IMG/VR virus record: IMGVR_UViG_3300032270_000884
Length of the DNA: 64,000 nt
Direction: 5' to 3' (one strand)
DNA from: an uncultured virus (IMG/VR IMGVR_UViG_3300032270_000884)
Lineage: Duplodnaviria > Heunggongvirae > Uroviricota > Caudoviricetes
In this document: positions 9,268-19,370 of the stretch, piece by piece
Position numbering within the stretch: position 1 is the first letter of the stretch
How the letters are laid out: the number at the start of each line of letters is the position of its first letter
Program-made: the position numbers and the translations under genes
Notes under the pieces: generated by a model
Seen by the model: only the letters and a program-made list of their open reading frames with translations
What the model was told of the DNA's origin: nothing
Database searches by the model: none

Positions 9268-11562
9268 GTGGCAGATAAGCAAACTGGCCCAGCAATGGGC
9301 GTTGGTGGCGGAGGCGGCATCTTTAGTCGTAAGACTGAACTTGTTGCCGATTTGACGTCCGCTTTTAAAACTCTTAACGCGGAATTAGAAAAAACTAAAA
9401 AGCTTTCTGAAGAAATCTCCAAAAATCTTAAAAATGCTAAACCGGGTGGCGGTGGAAATAACCTTTTAGGTTCAAGTTTTGGCGGGTCTAGCGGAACTAA
9501 AGACCCATCAGAAAACGATGGAAGCCAAAATGGTGGTGGTGGTCCAAGCCTTGCCTCAAAGGCGTTTAGTTTCCTTGGTAGAAATGCTTTAAAGCTTGGC
9601 GGCCTCGCCATGCAATCAATGCCAACTGTACAACAAGCGTTTGAACAAGACTTACTTCGTTCTCGTTTTGGGTTTTACGGTGGAGCAAACGCCAATGCAA
9701 CTCAACTTGGCATGGCTCAAAAGGGCACAGCAACAGACCCTATGGATGCTGCTCGTGCCTCCATGACTGGCGCAAGCATGGGCTTGATGCCCGGATTAAA
9801 AAACTTTAATACAATTTCAAACAGCGCTGCAGGTATTTCTAACTTAATGCCCGGTGTTGGTTTACAAGGCGGTATGCAAGCAACTGCCGCGCTTAACCAA
9901 GGCAAGAACGTAAATATGTTAAAGATGATTGGCGTAAACGTTCGTGGCGCAGATGGAATGATGCGTGGCTTTGATGACATTGCTAAAGACCTTTGGAAAG
10001 TTTTAAACAGTCAAAAAGCTGGCTCTAAAAAAATTAGCAAAGACGACATATCTTTCTCTTTACAACCAGGTAACGCACTTGATTCTATGATGAATCAATA
10101 TTTTGGCAATGACCCAATTCTTCGTCAATCTGTTATTTCAAAACTTATGGATTTAGCCGGTAGTGGCGGTGGCGGATCCAGCCTTGATAAGGGACGTTTA
10201 GAAAAAGCTGGGGCAAGTACAAGTGCTGTTGGAAGTATGAGCGACAGAAACGCAGCATCCCTTAACGCTATTCAAGCTACAGCACCTTCTACCCTTAAAG
10301 GATTTGAAAGAGCAAACGAACTTCTTGCAGATGCAAGCAATAAACTTGCTGATGTGGCACGTCAAGCGGGAATTGTTGGCGATGCCCTTCGTAAAGCATT
10401 AGAAATTAAAGGCTTTACTGACACTGTTGCTACGTCGGGTAACGGAGCCGGTGGCGGATTAATGAGCCTACTTGCTGGTGGTGTTGGAGGTTTTGCTGCT
10501 AAAGGATTTGGTGGAATAAAGAACTTCTTTGGAAAAGGCGGCAAAGGCGCCGGTGCAACAAATTTCTTCAAGGGTCTTGGTAGCAAGGCAATGAAATTTG
10601 GCGGTCGCGCTTTATCTGGTGCGGCTGTGTACGGATCAATGGAATGGCTGCAAAAACAATTAAATAGAGCGGACGTTCCTGATTGGCTTCGTACCGCTGG
10701 AAACGTTGCCTTTGATACTGGTCAAGGAGCGCTAACGGGACTTGCTGTCAGTAAAAACCCTTTTGGTGCACTAGCCGGTGCTGTTGCTGGTGGAGCTGGA
10801 TCTCTTGCTAATCCTTACGGAGAAGAAGGAGACGGTTCTGACGGACAGCCTCCATCATTAGTAAACCCACTTGGTGGTGACTTAACTGTAACAAGCCCAT
10901 TTGGACAAGTTCGTCATATTACTTTTGATGATGGGTCAAGAAGCCCAACTTGGGGAAAGAGTCACGGCGGTGTAGACCTTCGTGCTGCTGAAGGAACAAA
11001 CGTATTTGCAACAAGTGACGGAACTATTGAAGGAACACCTTACGACGCGGGTGGGTTTGGTAATTACATAAAAGTTTTAGGTGCTGATGGCACTGAACAG
11101 TTCTATGGTCACTTAGACAAAAAATTAGCTCCTGGTGGTAAAGCAGTTAAAGCTGGTGAACTTATTGGTCAAAGCGGTAAAACTGGTGGTGGACCTGGCA
11201 TGGGACCACACCTTCACTTTGAAGTACGCAAAGGCGGAAACAAACTAGACCCAATGCAGTACTTGGCTGGAGCTGCGTCAAACACGGGGTCTCCATTGGT
11301 TCCACCAGCAAAACAAAGCCTAACAATCCGTAAGGGTGCTGGTGAACTACAGATTCAACCGATGGGTGGTGAAGGTAACGCTCCAGCAGCTGGTTATGGA
11401 AACATGTCTCGAACAGAGACCGCTGGCTCCATTAATTATGGTGGCGTAACCGTGCATTTCCATATGCCTGAAAAATCATCACAAGATGTTAAGGCAATTG
11501 CAAATGAAGTACGTCGTGTCCTTTCTTCAGACAATATTCGTCAAAAGGCGGTAAATAGCTGA
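9268..11562 (+). CDS. tape measure protein with C-terminal M23 peptidase
   Basis: Gly/Ala-rich helical body; M23 motifs HGGVD, YGHL, GPHLHFEVR. Confidence 0.9.
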   Translation: MADKQTGPAMGVGGGGGIFSRKTELVADLTSAFKTLNAELEKTKKLSEEISKNLKNAKPGGGGNNLLGSSFGGSSGTKDPSENDGSQNGGGGPSLASKAFSFLGRNALKLGGLAMQSMPTVQQAFEQDLLRSRFGFYGGANANATQLGMAQKGTATDPMDAARASMTGASMGLMPGLKNFNTISNSAAGISNLMPGVGLQGGMQATAALNQGKNVNMLKMIGVNVRGADGMMRGFDDIAKDLWKVLNSQKAGSKKISKDDISFSLQPGNALDSMMNQYFGNDPILRQSVISKLMDLAGSGGGGSSLDKGRLEKAGASTSAVGSMSDRNAASLNAIQATAPSTLKGFERANELLADASNKLADVARQAGIVGDALRKALEIKGFTDTVATSGNGAGGGLMSLLAGGVGGFAAKGFGGIKNFFGKGGKGAGATNFFKGLGSKAMKFGGRALSGAAVYGSMEWLQKQLNRADVPDWLRTAGNVAFDTGQGALTGLAVSKNPFGALAGAVAGGAGSLANPYGEEGDGSDGQPPSLVNPLGGDLTVTSPFGQVRHITFDDGSRSPTWGKSHGGVDLRAAEGTNVFATSDGTIEGTPYDAGGFGNYIKVLGADGTEQFYGHLDKKLAPGGKAVKAGELIGQSGKTGGGPGMGPHLHFEVRKGGNKLDPMQYLAGAASNTGSPLVPPAKQSLTIRKGAGELQIQPMGGEGNAPAAGYGNMSRTETAGSINYGGVTVHFHMPEKSSQDVKAIANEVRRVLSSDNIRQKAVNS

Positions 11563-12623
11563 TGGTCTTTTCTTATCAATTCCCAGCAATAGTTCCAGTA
11601 GTAAACACTCCTCCAAAAGAAACTGCTGCACAAAAACGCGCTAGAGAAGAGAAAGCACGAACAACAGCAAGACAAGCGGCAGCAAAGCGTAAAAAAGCGG
11701 AGGCAGCTAAAAAAGCTAAAGCTGAAAAAGCGCGTAAAGCAAAAGAAAAAGCAGAGAAGGCAAAAAACAAACCTCCTGCCGAACCAGATTTAACCTATCA
11801 ATGGAACCTTCCTCCACATCAATGGAGCCTTCCAGTAACTCCAAAAAACATGTACGAAGACCTGTACACAGACGCTAAAAATGAAGGACTAGGAAATGTT
11901 CCAGAGTCCTATCGAAGAGGCCGTATATGGTGGTACGCAAATAGCGCAAATCAATTTGTTGATGATAAAGGTAACGCTAGTTCTATGGAAACTGGTGATT
12001 CTAGAAAGATTGGTTTCCAATTTTTATGGAACCCAGAGTCATACACTACATCTATCTCCCTAAACACGGAAGTAACCCCTAGCGTAAACGATCGTTTCGT
12101 AGGTGTTGCTGGAGCGTTCCCTAGCGGTGAAACTATTTCGTTTAGCCTTCGTATAGATAGAACAAATGATTTTGTTTGCGCTAGAAATTTACTTAATAAA
12201 GAATATTCTGTTAGTAAATTTACTTCTAGTGATAATACAGCTATTTATGCTCAACTTGCCCAGTATTACAAAACAAGTTTTTTTGAAAAATCAACAGACG
12301 TGGAAATTGCAAAAAAAATTAAAGACTTAATGGAGGTTGGCACTATAGCCGACCTTGAGTACATATATACAATGATTAACGGAAAAGGTCCAGATGGTAA
12401 GGGGTGGAAAAGCATCAACGGTCGTAAAACTGGCGACATTGGGTTCTTAAGCGCAACCCTTGTTAGAATTGATGTTGGTCCTTTGTCTTATATTGGGTAC
12501 GTAAACTCTTTGACCGTTAACCACTTAGCGTTTAGCCAAGACATGACACCTATAAGAACAGATGTGTCTCTTGCATTAAACTTAATGGCATCTGCCGGAC
12601 TTCAAGCAAAAGCGGAGGAATAA
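11562..12623 (+). CDS. baseplate/tube-initiator-like protein with Lys/Ala-rich N-terminus
   Basis: FQFLWNPES and F...MTPIRTDVSL motifs; position after tape measure. Confidence 0.6.
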   Translation: MVFSYQFPAIVPVVNTPPKETAAQKRAREEKARTTARQAAAKRKKAEAAKKAKAEKARKAKEKAEKAKNKPPAEPDLTYQWNLPPHQWSLPVTPKNMYEDLYTDAKNEGLGNVPESYRRGRIWWYANSANQFVDDKGNASSMETGDSRKIGFQFLWNPESYTTSISLNTEVTPSVNDRFVGVAGAFPSGETISFSLRIDRTNDFVCARNLLNKEYSVSKFTSSDNTAIYAQLAQYYKTSFFEKSTDVEIAKKIKDLMEVGTIADLEYIYTMINGKGPDGKGWKSINGRKTGDIGFLSATLVRIDVGPLSYIGYVNSLTVNHLAFSQDMTPIRTDVSLALNLMASAGLQAKAEE

Positions 12624-12626
12624 TAA

Positions 12627-12908
12627 ATGGGAATTTTTCAAGGATCTCGATACGAGTACTCAACAATTGATTTTGTATCAATTAGCGATGACTCAGACGC
12701 TAACGCTATTGTTTTTTATGAGTTTGAAGACCTAGGAACGTTTTCTTACACCGAACATACTTTTGTTCAAGGTGAGCGAATGGACACAATTGCACATAAA
12801 TACTATAGACGACCAGACTTGTGGTGGATTATTTTAGATTTTAACCCTGAAATATCGGACGCAAATAACATCAAACCGGGAACTGTTTTAAGGATACCTC
12901 GTGTTTAA
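12627..12908 (+). CDS. LysM-like baseplate protein (P2 gpX-like)
   Basis: GERMDTIAHKYY...LWWII...NP....IKPGTVLRIP. Confidence 0.85.
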   Translation: MGIFQGSRYEYSTIDFVSISDDSDANAIVFYEFEDLGTFSYTEHTFVQGERMDTIAHKYYRRPDLWWIILDFNPEISDANNIKPGTVLRIPRV

Positions 12909-14244
12909 CTTTGCCCAAGTTACTTTTCCTTCAGCTAATGTTGCTCCAGCGCGTATAAATGAAATGACGTTGTGGCAAGATAGGTTTAAACACGAATTTG
13001 CAACGATTCAATTTCGTGATTGGGATGTGGACTACGAAGACATCAGGCCCGGATCCCCTATGACTATTTCTATAAAAGGAGATGAAGGAAGCAATGATTT
13101 TCACGGCTACGTTCATCACATTCAACCTCACGTAAGCCCGGGAGCACGGTTTACTGAAGTTACTTTTATTGGGGCATCTTATTTTTTAAAACAAACGTCT
13201 CAAAAAATTTATAAAAATGTAACTGCTGACCAAATTATTGCAAAAATTGCAAAAAGAAATAACTTTGCATATGACGCAGCGCCTCATCCACGTGTTTACG
13301 ACCAAGTGTCTCAAGCAGGATTGACTGATGTGGAAATGATGACAAAACTTGCAAAACAATGCGGTTACTCTTTGCGCTTGTCTAACTCTGAAATTTATTT
13401 TCAACCAGTAACAAAGCTATACGATGAAGAAAGAGAAAACGCACCTAGGTTTGCTTTAAGAGACGCAAATGACCCGCAGGGTTCTAACCTTTACACATTC
13501 AAACCTTTAGTTGGCGAAAGCCTTGACCAAGACGGGGAGTACAAAGCAGCAACCGCTGTAGGGGGTGTAGACAAGCACACTGGAAAAATCATTCAATTAA
13601 CAAACCAAAAACGACCAAAAGCAACAAAGGCAAAATATGAGCCTGAATTTTTTGATCGTTTTTCTACAGTAACTGTTATTAATGATTACGATATGGCTAA
13701 AAACGAGTCTAAGTCTGCTGACGATCGCACTAAACTTGCTTACAGAGCAAAGGCTGAAGTTTTAGGAGATCCAACTATTCACCCAGATATGCCTGTTTAT
13801 ATCGAAGGAGTTGGAGATATTTACGCTGGCTACTGGATTGTTTTATCAACAGAACACAAAATTTCTTCCGAGTCCTATACAAACCAAAAATACACAACGG
13901 TGTTGACTCTTGGTACGGATTCTCTAGGTCAAGCGGTAACTGGTTCTGATAACAAATTAATTAAACAACCAAACGCAAAAAAGAAAAGAACTATTATTCC
14001 TAATGTCAGACAGACTAATAAAAAGCCAAAAAATGTATTAAAAAAAGGTCAGTCTCACCCATCAAAGAAGAAATCAATTGTTGGCTTTGGTTCCATCAAT
14101 AATCGTGCAAAACCAAAAGTTGCTGGAAAAACTATAATTGCTAGCAAGTGGTCCAGTCCCTCTGGCAACCTTAAAAAGGTTACAAAGGCAAGTACTAGGC
14201 CTTCCGTGGTGGTTAAAAAATTAAGGAGTTCTGGTGTCCTCTAA
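12901..14244 (+). CDS. baseplate hub protein (gpD/gp27-like) with basic C-terminal tail
   Basis: F.GYV, Q...TD..M..LA...GY and GDPTIHP motifs. Confidence 0.8.
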   Translation: MFNFAQVTFPSANVAPARINEMTLWQDRFKHEFATIQFRDWDVDYEDIRPGSPMTISIKGDEGSNDFHGYVHHIQPHVSPGARFTEVTFIGASYFLKQTSQKIYKNVTADQIIAKIAKRNNFAYDAAPHPRVYDQVSQAGLTDVEMMTKLAKQCGYSLRLSNSEIYFQPVTKLYDEERENAPRFALRDANDPQGSNLYTFKPLVGESLDQDGEYKAATAVGGVDKHTGKIIQLTNQKRPKATKAKYEPEFFDRFSTVTVINDYDMAKNESKSADDRTKLAYRAKAEVLGDPTIHPDMPVYIEGVGDIYAGYWIVLSTEHKISSESYTNQKYTTVLTLGTDSLGQAVTGSDNKLIKQPNAKKKRTIIPNVRQTNKKPKNVLKKGQSHPSKKKSIVGFGSINNRAKPKVAGKTIIASKWSSPSGNLKKVTKASTRPSVVVKKLRSSGVL

Positions 14245-14725
14245 TCAATTTTTTGGCGTTTACCGTGCTGTTTGTGTTGACAACGAAGATCCTATTGAAA
14301 AAAATAGAATTAAAGTTAAAGTCCCACAAATTTTAGGTGAAGCAATTAGCGACTGGGCTTGGCCGTGTCTTCCTATTACAAGTAACGCTGACCATCCAGA
14401 CCACCTGCCGCACCTTGCTTCAGAGGTAGCGGCTTTGCTAAACACCCACACAAGCCACGCTGTCTCAGTTTCTGGTTCTACTGGGGGCGCTACAGCAGGC
14501 ACGGCTCATACCCACACTTTTAGTGCAACACAGACTCTTACCCATGCGGCACATGCTGGTAATTCTGGGCAGCTAACGCATGATCATGAAGATAGTGATG
14601 ACCCACTTGAGGTTAACGGTACAGAGCACACGCCACACCGTAAAGTTCCCAACCTAGAACAAGGTGTTTGGGTTATGTTTGAGGGTGGAGACCCTAATTT
14701 TCCAATATGGATGGGAGTGTTTTAA
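14234..14725 (+). CDS. baseplate spike, gp5/gpV-type OB-fold with internal His-rich insertion
   Basis: GVYRAVCVDNEDP...RIKVKVP...WAWP and VP....VWVMFEGGDPNFPIWMG. Confidence 0.85.
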   Translation: MSSNQFFGVYRAVCVDNEDPIEKNRIKVKVPQILGEAISDWAWPCLPITSNADHPDHLPHLASEVAALLNTHTSHAVSVSGSTGGATAGTAHTHTFSATQTLTHAAHAGNSGQLTHDHEDSDDPLEVNGTEHTPHRKVPNLEQGVWVMFEGGDPNFPIWMGVF

Positions 14726-15133
14726 ATGGGATCAGTAATTTCGTTACCTTTTTCTTTTAACATATCAGGCTCCGTTAATACAACGGCTGAAGAAGGAAAA
14801 ATTTGGTCAGACCGAGTAATGGGCGTTATTTTTACAAAACCTTTAGACAGAGTTATGCGTCCATCTTTTGGAAGTTTGGCAAGCACAGCAGTGTTTGAAA
14901 CGGAGGGGGCTCTTACTCAATACGTAACCAGAGCCGTCACAGCCGCTTTTTCTGAATTTTTGCCAGAACTAGAACTGATAAACATCTCAATAACTAAGGA
15001 GTCAGGGGAGTTGGGCACCGAAGGCTTTGTTATTTCTGTAGACTATGAGTTGCCCAATAAACAACAGGAAACGGTAGCCGCCAAAATTGGCGAATTTACA
15101 CGATCTGGCGAGCTAATTCAGGAGATTCAATAA
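14726..15133 (+). CDS. baseplate wedge protein, gp25-like
   Basis: ISLPF, RVMRPSFGS motifs. Confidence 0.85.
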   Translation: MGSVISLPFSFNISGSVNTTAEEGKIWSDRVMGVIFTKPLDRVMRPSFGSLASTAVFETEGALTQYVTRAVTAAFSEFLPELELINISITKESGELGTEGFVISVDYELPNKQQETVAAKIGEFTRSGELIQEIQ

Positions 15134-16587
15134 TGGCTAATTTTGTGCCTCAAGTTGACTACACCTCCCGTGATTACGCCTCAATCAGAGAAGATTTAAT
15201 AAATTTAATCCCTTTGTACGCCCCTGACTGGGTTAGCCGCGATCCAGCGGATTTTGGCATTATTTTGCTAGAAATGTTTTCTTATATGGGCGACCTTTTA
15301 AATTATTACGTTGACCGCGCCTCAAATGAAGCGTTTCTTTCTACCGCAAGCCAGAGAGATAGCATTTTAAAGATTGCTAGCGTTTTAGGGTACACACCTA
15401 CCGACAGTATCCCAGCAACCGTAACTTTGACTTTTTCAAACAGCACTAACGCTTCAATAGTTGTACCCGCTAATACTCAAGTTGCTACTACAACTGTTGT
15501 AAATGGCGTAAACACGCAAATTATTTTTGAAACAGACTCAGCAATTACAATTTCCGCTGGGGCAAGTACAAACGTTGCCGCAACAGAGGGCGAAACAATC
15601 ACTGACGAAATTGTTGGAAATTCTGACGGAACATCTGACCAAGAGTTTTTGCTTGCTGATTCCCCCGTCATTAGCGACAGTATTTCTGTAACAGTTAACG
15701 ACACTGTCTATACATCTGTTCCCTATATTATTGATGCTGGTGGAACTGACGCAGTATTTTATAGCAAAACTGATGCAGAAGAAATAACTTCTATAATTTT
15801 TGGAGACGGCGTAAGCGGACGTATTCCACCAGCAAACGCTCAAATTTTGGCAACATACCGAGTTGGTGGCGGCGTTCAAGGTAACGTTAACGCTGGAACA
15901 CTTAAAAACATTATTACTAATTTTACCCCTGGTCTTACCGTAAACAACGCAAGTGCAGCGGCTGGCGGAACTGACGCTGAGTCAACCGATTCAATTAGAA
16001 TTAATGCACCTGCAAGTATCAGATCAATTAACAGAGCCGTCTCTATTAGAGACTATGGAGATCTTGGACTTCAAGTAGCCGGTGTTGCTAAAGCTACAGC
16101 GTTGTCTGAGGTATACACAAGCGTTAACCTTTTTGTTGCTCCTTACGGTGACAAAGGAACCGATGGAAACGGAAACTTAACTCCAGTGTTTAGCCAATTA
16201 GCAAACAAAATTGGGTTATTTTTTACAGACAAAATGCCACCAAACGTGTCGTTGTCTATTCTTCCACCTACCTTTATTCCAATTAACATAACTGTAAACG
16301 TTTATGCATTACCTCAATTTAAGAGATCAACTGTAAAAAAGAATGCAGAGACAGCGCTTCAAACAATTTTAGCGTTTGACAACGTCCAATTTGCCGACAG
16401 AATATCTTTGCACTACGTAGTCCAATCTCTTGCCGCGGCGGCAGGTGTTTCTTACTCAACAGTGACAAAACTTGTTAGAAACGACGCTGCTAATCAAGCG
16501 GTTGTAGTAGACGCAGTGTGTGAAACATACGAAATTCCAGAAGCGGGGACAATTACAGTAACTGTCTCTGGTGGAATCGAAGACTAG
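15133..16587 (+). CDS. baseplate wedge protein (gpJ/gp6-like)
   Basis: DYTSRDY, FGDGVSGRIP, YRVGGG..GN, GGTDAES, RAVS..DY motifs. Confidence 0.92.
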   Translation: MANFVPQVDYTSRDYASIREDLINLIPLYAPDWVSRDPADFGIILLEMFSYMGDLLNYYVDRASNEAFLSTASQRDSILKIASVLGYTPTDSIPATVTLTFSNSTNASIVVPANTQVATTTVVNGVNTQIIFETDSAITISAGASTNVAATEGETITDEIVGNSDGTSDQEFLLADSPVISDSISVTVNDTVYTSVPYIIDAGGTDAVFYSKTDAEEITSIIFGDGVSGRIPPANAQILATYRVGGGVQGNVNAGTLKNIITNFTPGLTVNNASAAAGGTDAESTDSIRINAPASIRSINRAVSIRDYGDLGLQVAGVAKATALSEVYTSVNLFVAPYGDKGTDGNGNLTPVFSQLANKIGLFFTDKMPPNVSLSILPPTFIPINITVNVYALPQFKRSTVKKNAETALQTILAFDNVQFADRISLHYVVQSLAAAAGVSYSTVTKLVRNDAANQAVVVDAVCETYEIPEAGTITVTVSGGIED

Positions 16588-16595
16588 GAGAAATC

Positions 16596-17072
16596 ATGGC
16601 AGCCAGTTATCCATCAGCGGTACGATCTTTTAGTACTAAAACAAACGTCCTTGACATTATTGACGCTTCTGACCCAAACTCTTTGCAAGAAGAGGTTATT
16701 GCAATTGAAAGCTCTTTAGGTATTAACCCTGCGCTTTCTACAACTCCAAACCCATCGTCTGGTTTTACGGCAACTTCTACCCAGTACTCAACGCTTGCCC
16801 AAAGACTTGCTAATATTGAAAACGGAATTGTTGGAGATTCCCACACCCAGTACCTTAAAAAAGCCGGTGGTGAAACAATCACCAATGCAACTGCGTCTAA
16901 TGTTGCTATTATCGTTAAAGGCGCGACGTCTCAAAGCGCAAATCTACAAGAGTGGAAGAACAGTTCAAACACAACTGTAGCCTCGCTTACGGTTAATGGA
17001 ACTTTTACAGCTAACTCCGTATCAACTCCAGAACTAGATCTTTTAAGTATTCTTTCTATATTTGGAGTTTAA
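16596..17072 (+). CDS. virion structural protein
   Basis: within baseplate operon; NSLQEEVIAIE helix, HTQYL motif. Confidence 0.6.
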   Translation: MAASYPSAVRSFSTKTNVLDIIDASDPNSLQEEVIAIESSLGINPALSTTPNPSSGFTATSTQYSTLAQRLANIENGIVGDSHTQYLKKAGGETITNATASNVAIIVKGATSQSANLQEWKNSSNTTVASLTVNGTFTANSVSTPELDLLSILSIFGV

Positions 17073-17075
17073 CAA

Positions 17076-19313
17076 ATGGCCAAGTATGGTTTAGATTACT
17101 ACGGCATTGGTAAATACGGCTCTGGTGCCGCGTCAGTTGTTGATTTTGACGCTAGCCCCGTAGTTGCATCTTCTGTTGGCTACCAACAAATAAAAATATC
17201 TTGGATCCCGCCCTCAGGTGATTGGTCTACGTTAAGACTAGTACGAAACACTTACGGATTTCCTTTAACTGTAGACGACGGAACAATCGTGCTTGAGGAA
17301 GCAAAAAACTTTTCAATTGGTAGTTACACTGACACAGGTGAAGTACCAAACAATATTGGTTTAAGAGCCGGTATTGCTTACCACTACAGTATTTTTGTTC
17401 TTGGAGTTCAAGACAATGTATGGATTAAGGCTGGAGAAGCACTTGGCCTTTCTGTAAAAGATTTTGGCTCTTACGATGCTATGTACGACAACATTCCATC
17501 TGTATATAAAAGCACAAATTTAAAATCTGTTACTGACAACGGCTCAAATCCAGATCTAGAAGCCTTTTTAAGAATTTTTGCTATTGGGTACGACTCATTT
17601 AAAACAAGTGCTGATTTAGTTTTAAAAACATACGATACCGCTATTGCTTACGCTCCTATTATTCCAGTTATGATGCAACAGTTTGGTGTTGCGTACGAAC
17701 CTGAATTGGGTTTACAGCAATCAAGAATTTTACTTAGAAACGCTGTTTACATAAATGAAAAAAAGGGAAGCCTTCAGGGAATTCAAGATTTTGTAAAAGC
17801 TTTTACTGGATATGATGAAGAAACCGTTGTGGGTAAAAATCTTATGCTTGATTATAACGACTCTTCTTTTGAAGAATCAGTGGGGCGATGGGCAAACATT
17901 GCAAAAACAACTTTATCTTTTGCTAACGCGGCAACTATTACTCCTTATGAGGAACTAACTAGACCGTCTTTATTCCCAAATAAACAAGCTGGTAGTTTAA
18001 AAGCTCTTTGTAGTTCTTCTGGAGATATGGAATTTGCTTGCGGGCTTTCTGCTCCAAAAACAAGAGGTATTCCGGTCAAAGAAGGTTTTCCTTACACGTT
18101 TTCAATTTATACGCGCAAGGCGTCAACGGCTAGAAAAGTAACAGTTGACGTTAGGTGGTTTGATAGAACTGGACTAGAAATTTCTAGAGCAGGTGAAAAA
18201 TACATTACTAATACTGCTGCTTGGAAACGGGTACAAACAACAAGCGTTGCTCCAGTTAACGCTTACTTTGCCGTTCCGTATGTTCGAATTGATGGGGCCT
18301 CAAGTTCTGAAATTCATTATTTTGACGCCGCTCAATTTGAGGTAAACGCTGAAGGAGCAACTGAATTTGAAGAAGCTCGAGAATTAAAAATTACTCTTAA
18401 AGCAACTAGAGTAAACGAGTTTAAAAACCCTAGTTTTGAATTACAAGTTGCACCTTGGGTGGCCTCTAACGCAAATATTGCTAGAGATTTAACAATTGTA
18501 GACGAGGACCGTGGTAGTGACGCGTGTCTGTTAATTACTCCAATTGCTTCAGGTGAGGTTACTTTAACTTATGATGATTATCTTCCAATTCTTGGTGGGT
18601 ATTGGTACACCGCCAGTGCTTATTTTAGAACTGGGTTTACTGGTAACCGAGAAGATGATTTTCAAGGACATTGGGGGGTTACTTGGTACGATGCAAACCA
18701 AGTTGAAATTGAAGAGAACTATAGCGACCCAACAAATTTAACAGAATTTTACTCTGTTCAAAAATACTCAAGAACTGGAAATGTTTTAACTGTATACACT
18801 GAAAACAGTACAAATTTTGCGGAAGGTGACAACGTAAGACTTGTTGAGTTTACTGAAGGTGGGTTAAACGGAACATACACAGTTTCAGGTTCGTTTGGTT
18901 CTTACTTTCAAGTTAGCTCTTCTGGATCAGATTTTGTTCAAAACACCCCATCAACTTGTTGGGTTCAAGACTTAAGTTTAAACTTTGTAAGAAATGAGTA
19001 CTCAGTTTTATCTCCCGATAACGCGGCGTATGCAAAACCATATTTTATGTGGGATAACGCATTAAGCATTCAGACTTTACGAGCCGACTCAGGGATGTTT
19101 GAGAGAGCTACGGCTGCAAAACCTTACTTTGACGGAAGTACAGGATTTACATCCTCAAACGACTTAATCTGGGAAAACGGGAATACCTACAACGCACGTT
19201 CGCATTACTACAAAAACCGTGTGGCAACTCAATTACGTTTAATAGCCCAGTTACCGAACTACCTTGTTGCTGGTACGCCGTTTTCTGTGTATTTAGCTCA
19301 ACCAGACGCCTAG
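17076..19313 (+). CDS. baseplate/tail protein (gpI-like region plus carbohydrate-binding-like domains)
   Basis: KKGSLQGI..F motif; NPSFE and YFDG segments; last gene of tail operon. Confidence 0.7.
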   Translation: MAKYGLDYYGIGKYGSGAASVVDFDASPVVASSVGYQQIKISWIPPSGDWSTLRLVRNTYGFPLTVDDGTIVLEEAKNFSIGSYTDTGEVPNNIGLRAGIAYHYSIFVLGVQDNVWIKAGEALGLSVKDFGSYDAMYDNIPSVYKSTNLKSVTDNGSNPDLEAFLRIFAIGYDSFKTSADLVLKTYDTAIAYAPIIPVMMQQFGVAYEPELGLQQSRILLRNAVYINEKKGSLQGIQDFVKAFTGYDEETVVGKNLMLDYNDSSFEESVGRWANIAKTTLSFANAATITPYEELTRPSLFPNKQAGSLKALCSSSGDMEFACGLSAPKTRGIPVKEGFPYTFSIYTRKASTARKVTVDVRWFDRTGLEISRAGEKYITNTAAWKRVQTTSVAPVNAYFAVPYVRIDGASSSEIHYFDAAQFEVNAEGATEFEEARELKITLKATRVNEFKNPSFELQVAPWVASNANIARDLTIVDEDRGSDACLLITPIASGEVTLTYDDYLPILGGYWYTASAYFRTGFTGNREDDFQGHWGVTWYDANQVEIEENYSDPTNLTEFYSVQKYSRTGNVLTVYTENSTNFAEGDNVRLVEFTEGGLNGTYTVSGSFGSYFQVSSSGSDFVQNTPSTCWVQDLSLNFVRNEYSVLSPDNAAYAKPYFMWDNALSIQTLRADSGMFERATAAKPYFDGSTGFTSSNDLIWENGNTYNARSHYYKNRVATQLRLIAQLPNYLVAGTPFSVYLAQPDA

Positions 19314-19370
19314 GTTTTGACGGGTCTCTAGACCTGTGTAGTATCTGCTCCCTAAACCTGAGGGGACAGA

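Noticed and set aside
6192..19313. Bacterial contractile injection system or tailocin
   Set aside because: Contiguous with a full phage replication module and phage accessory genes, so a phage tail is the simpler reading
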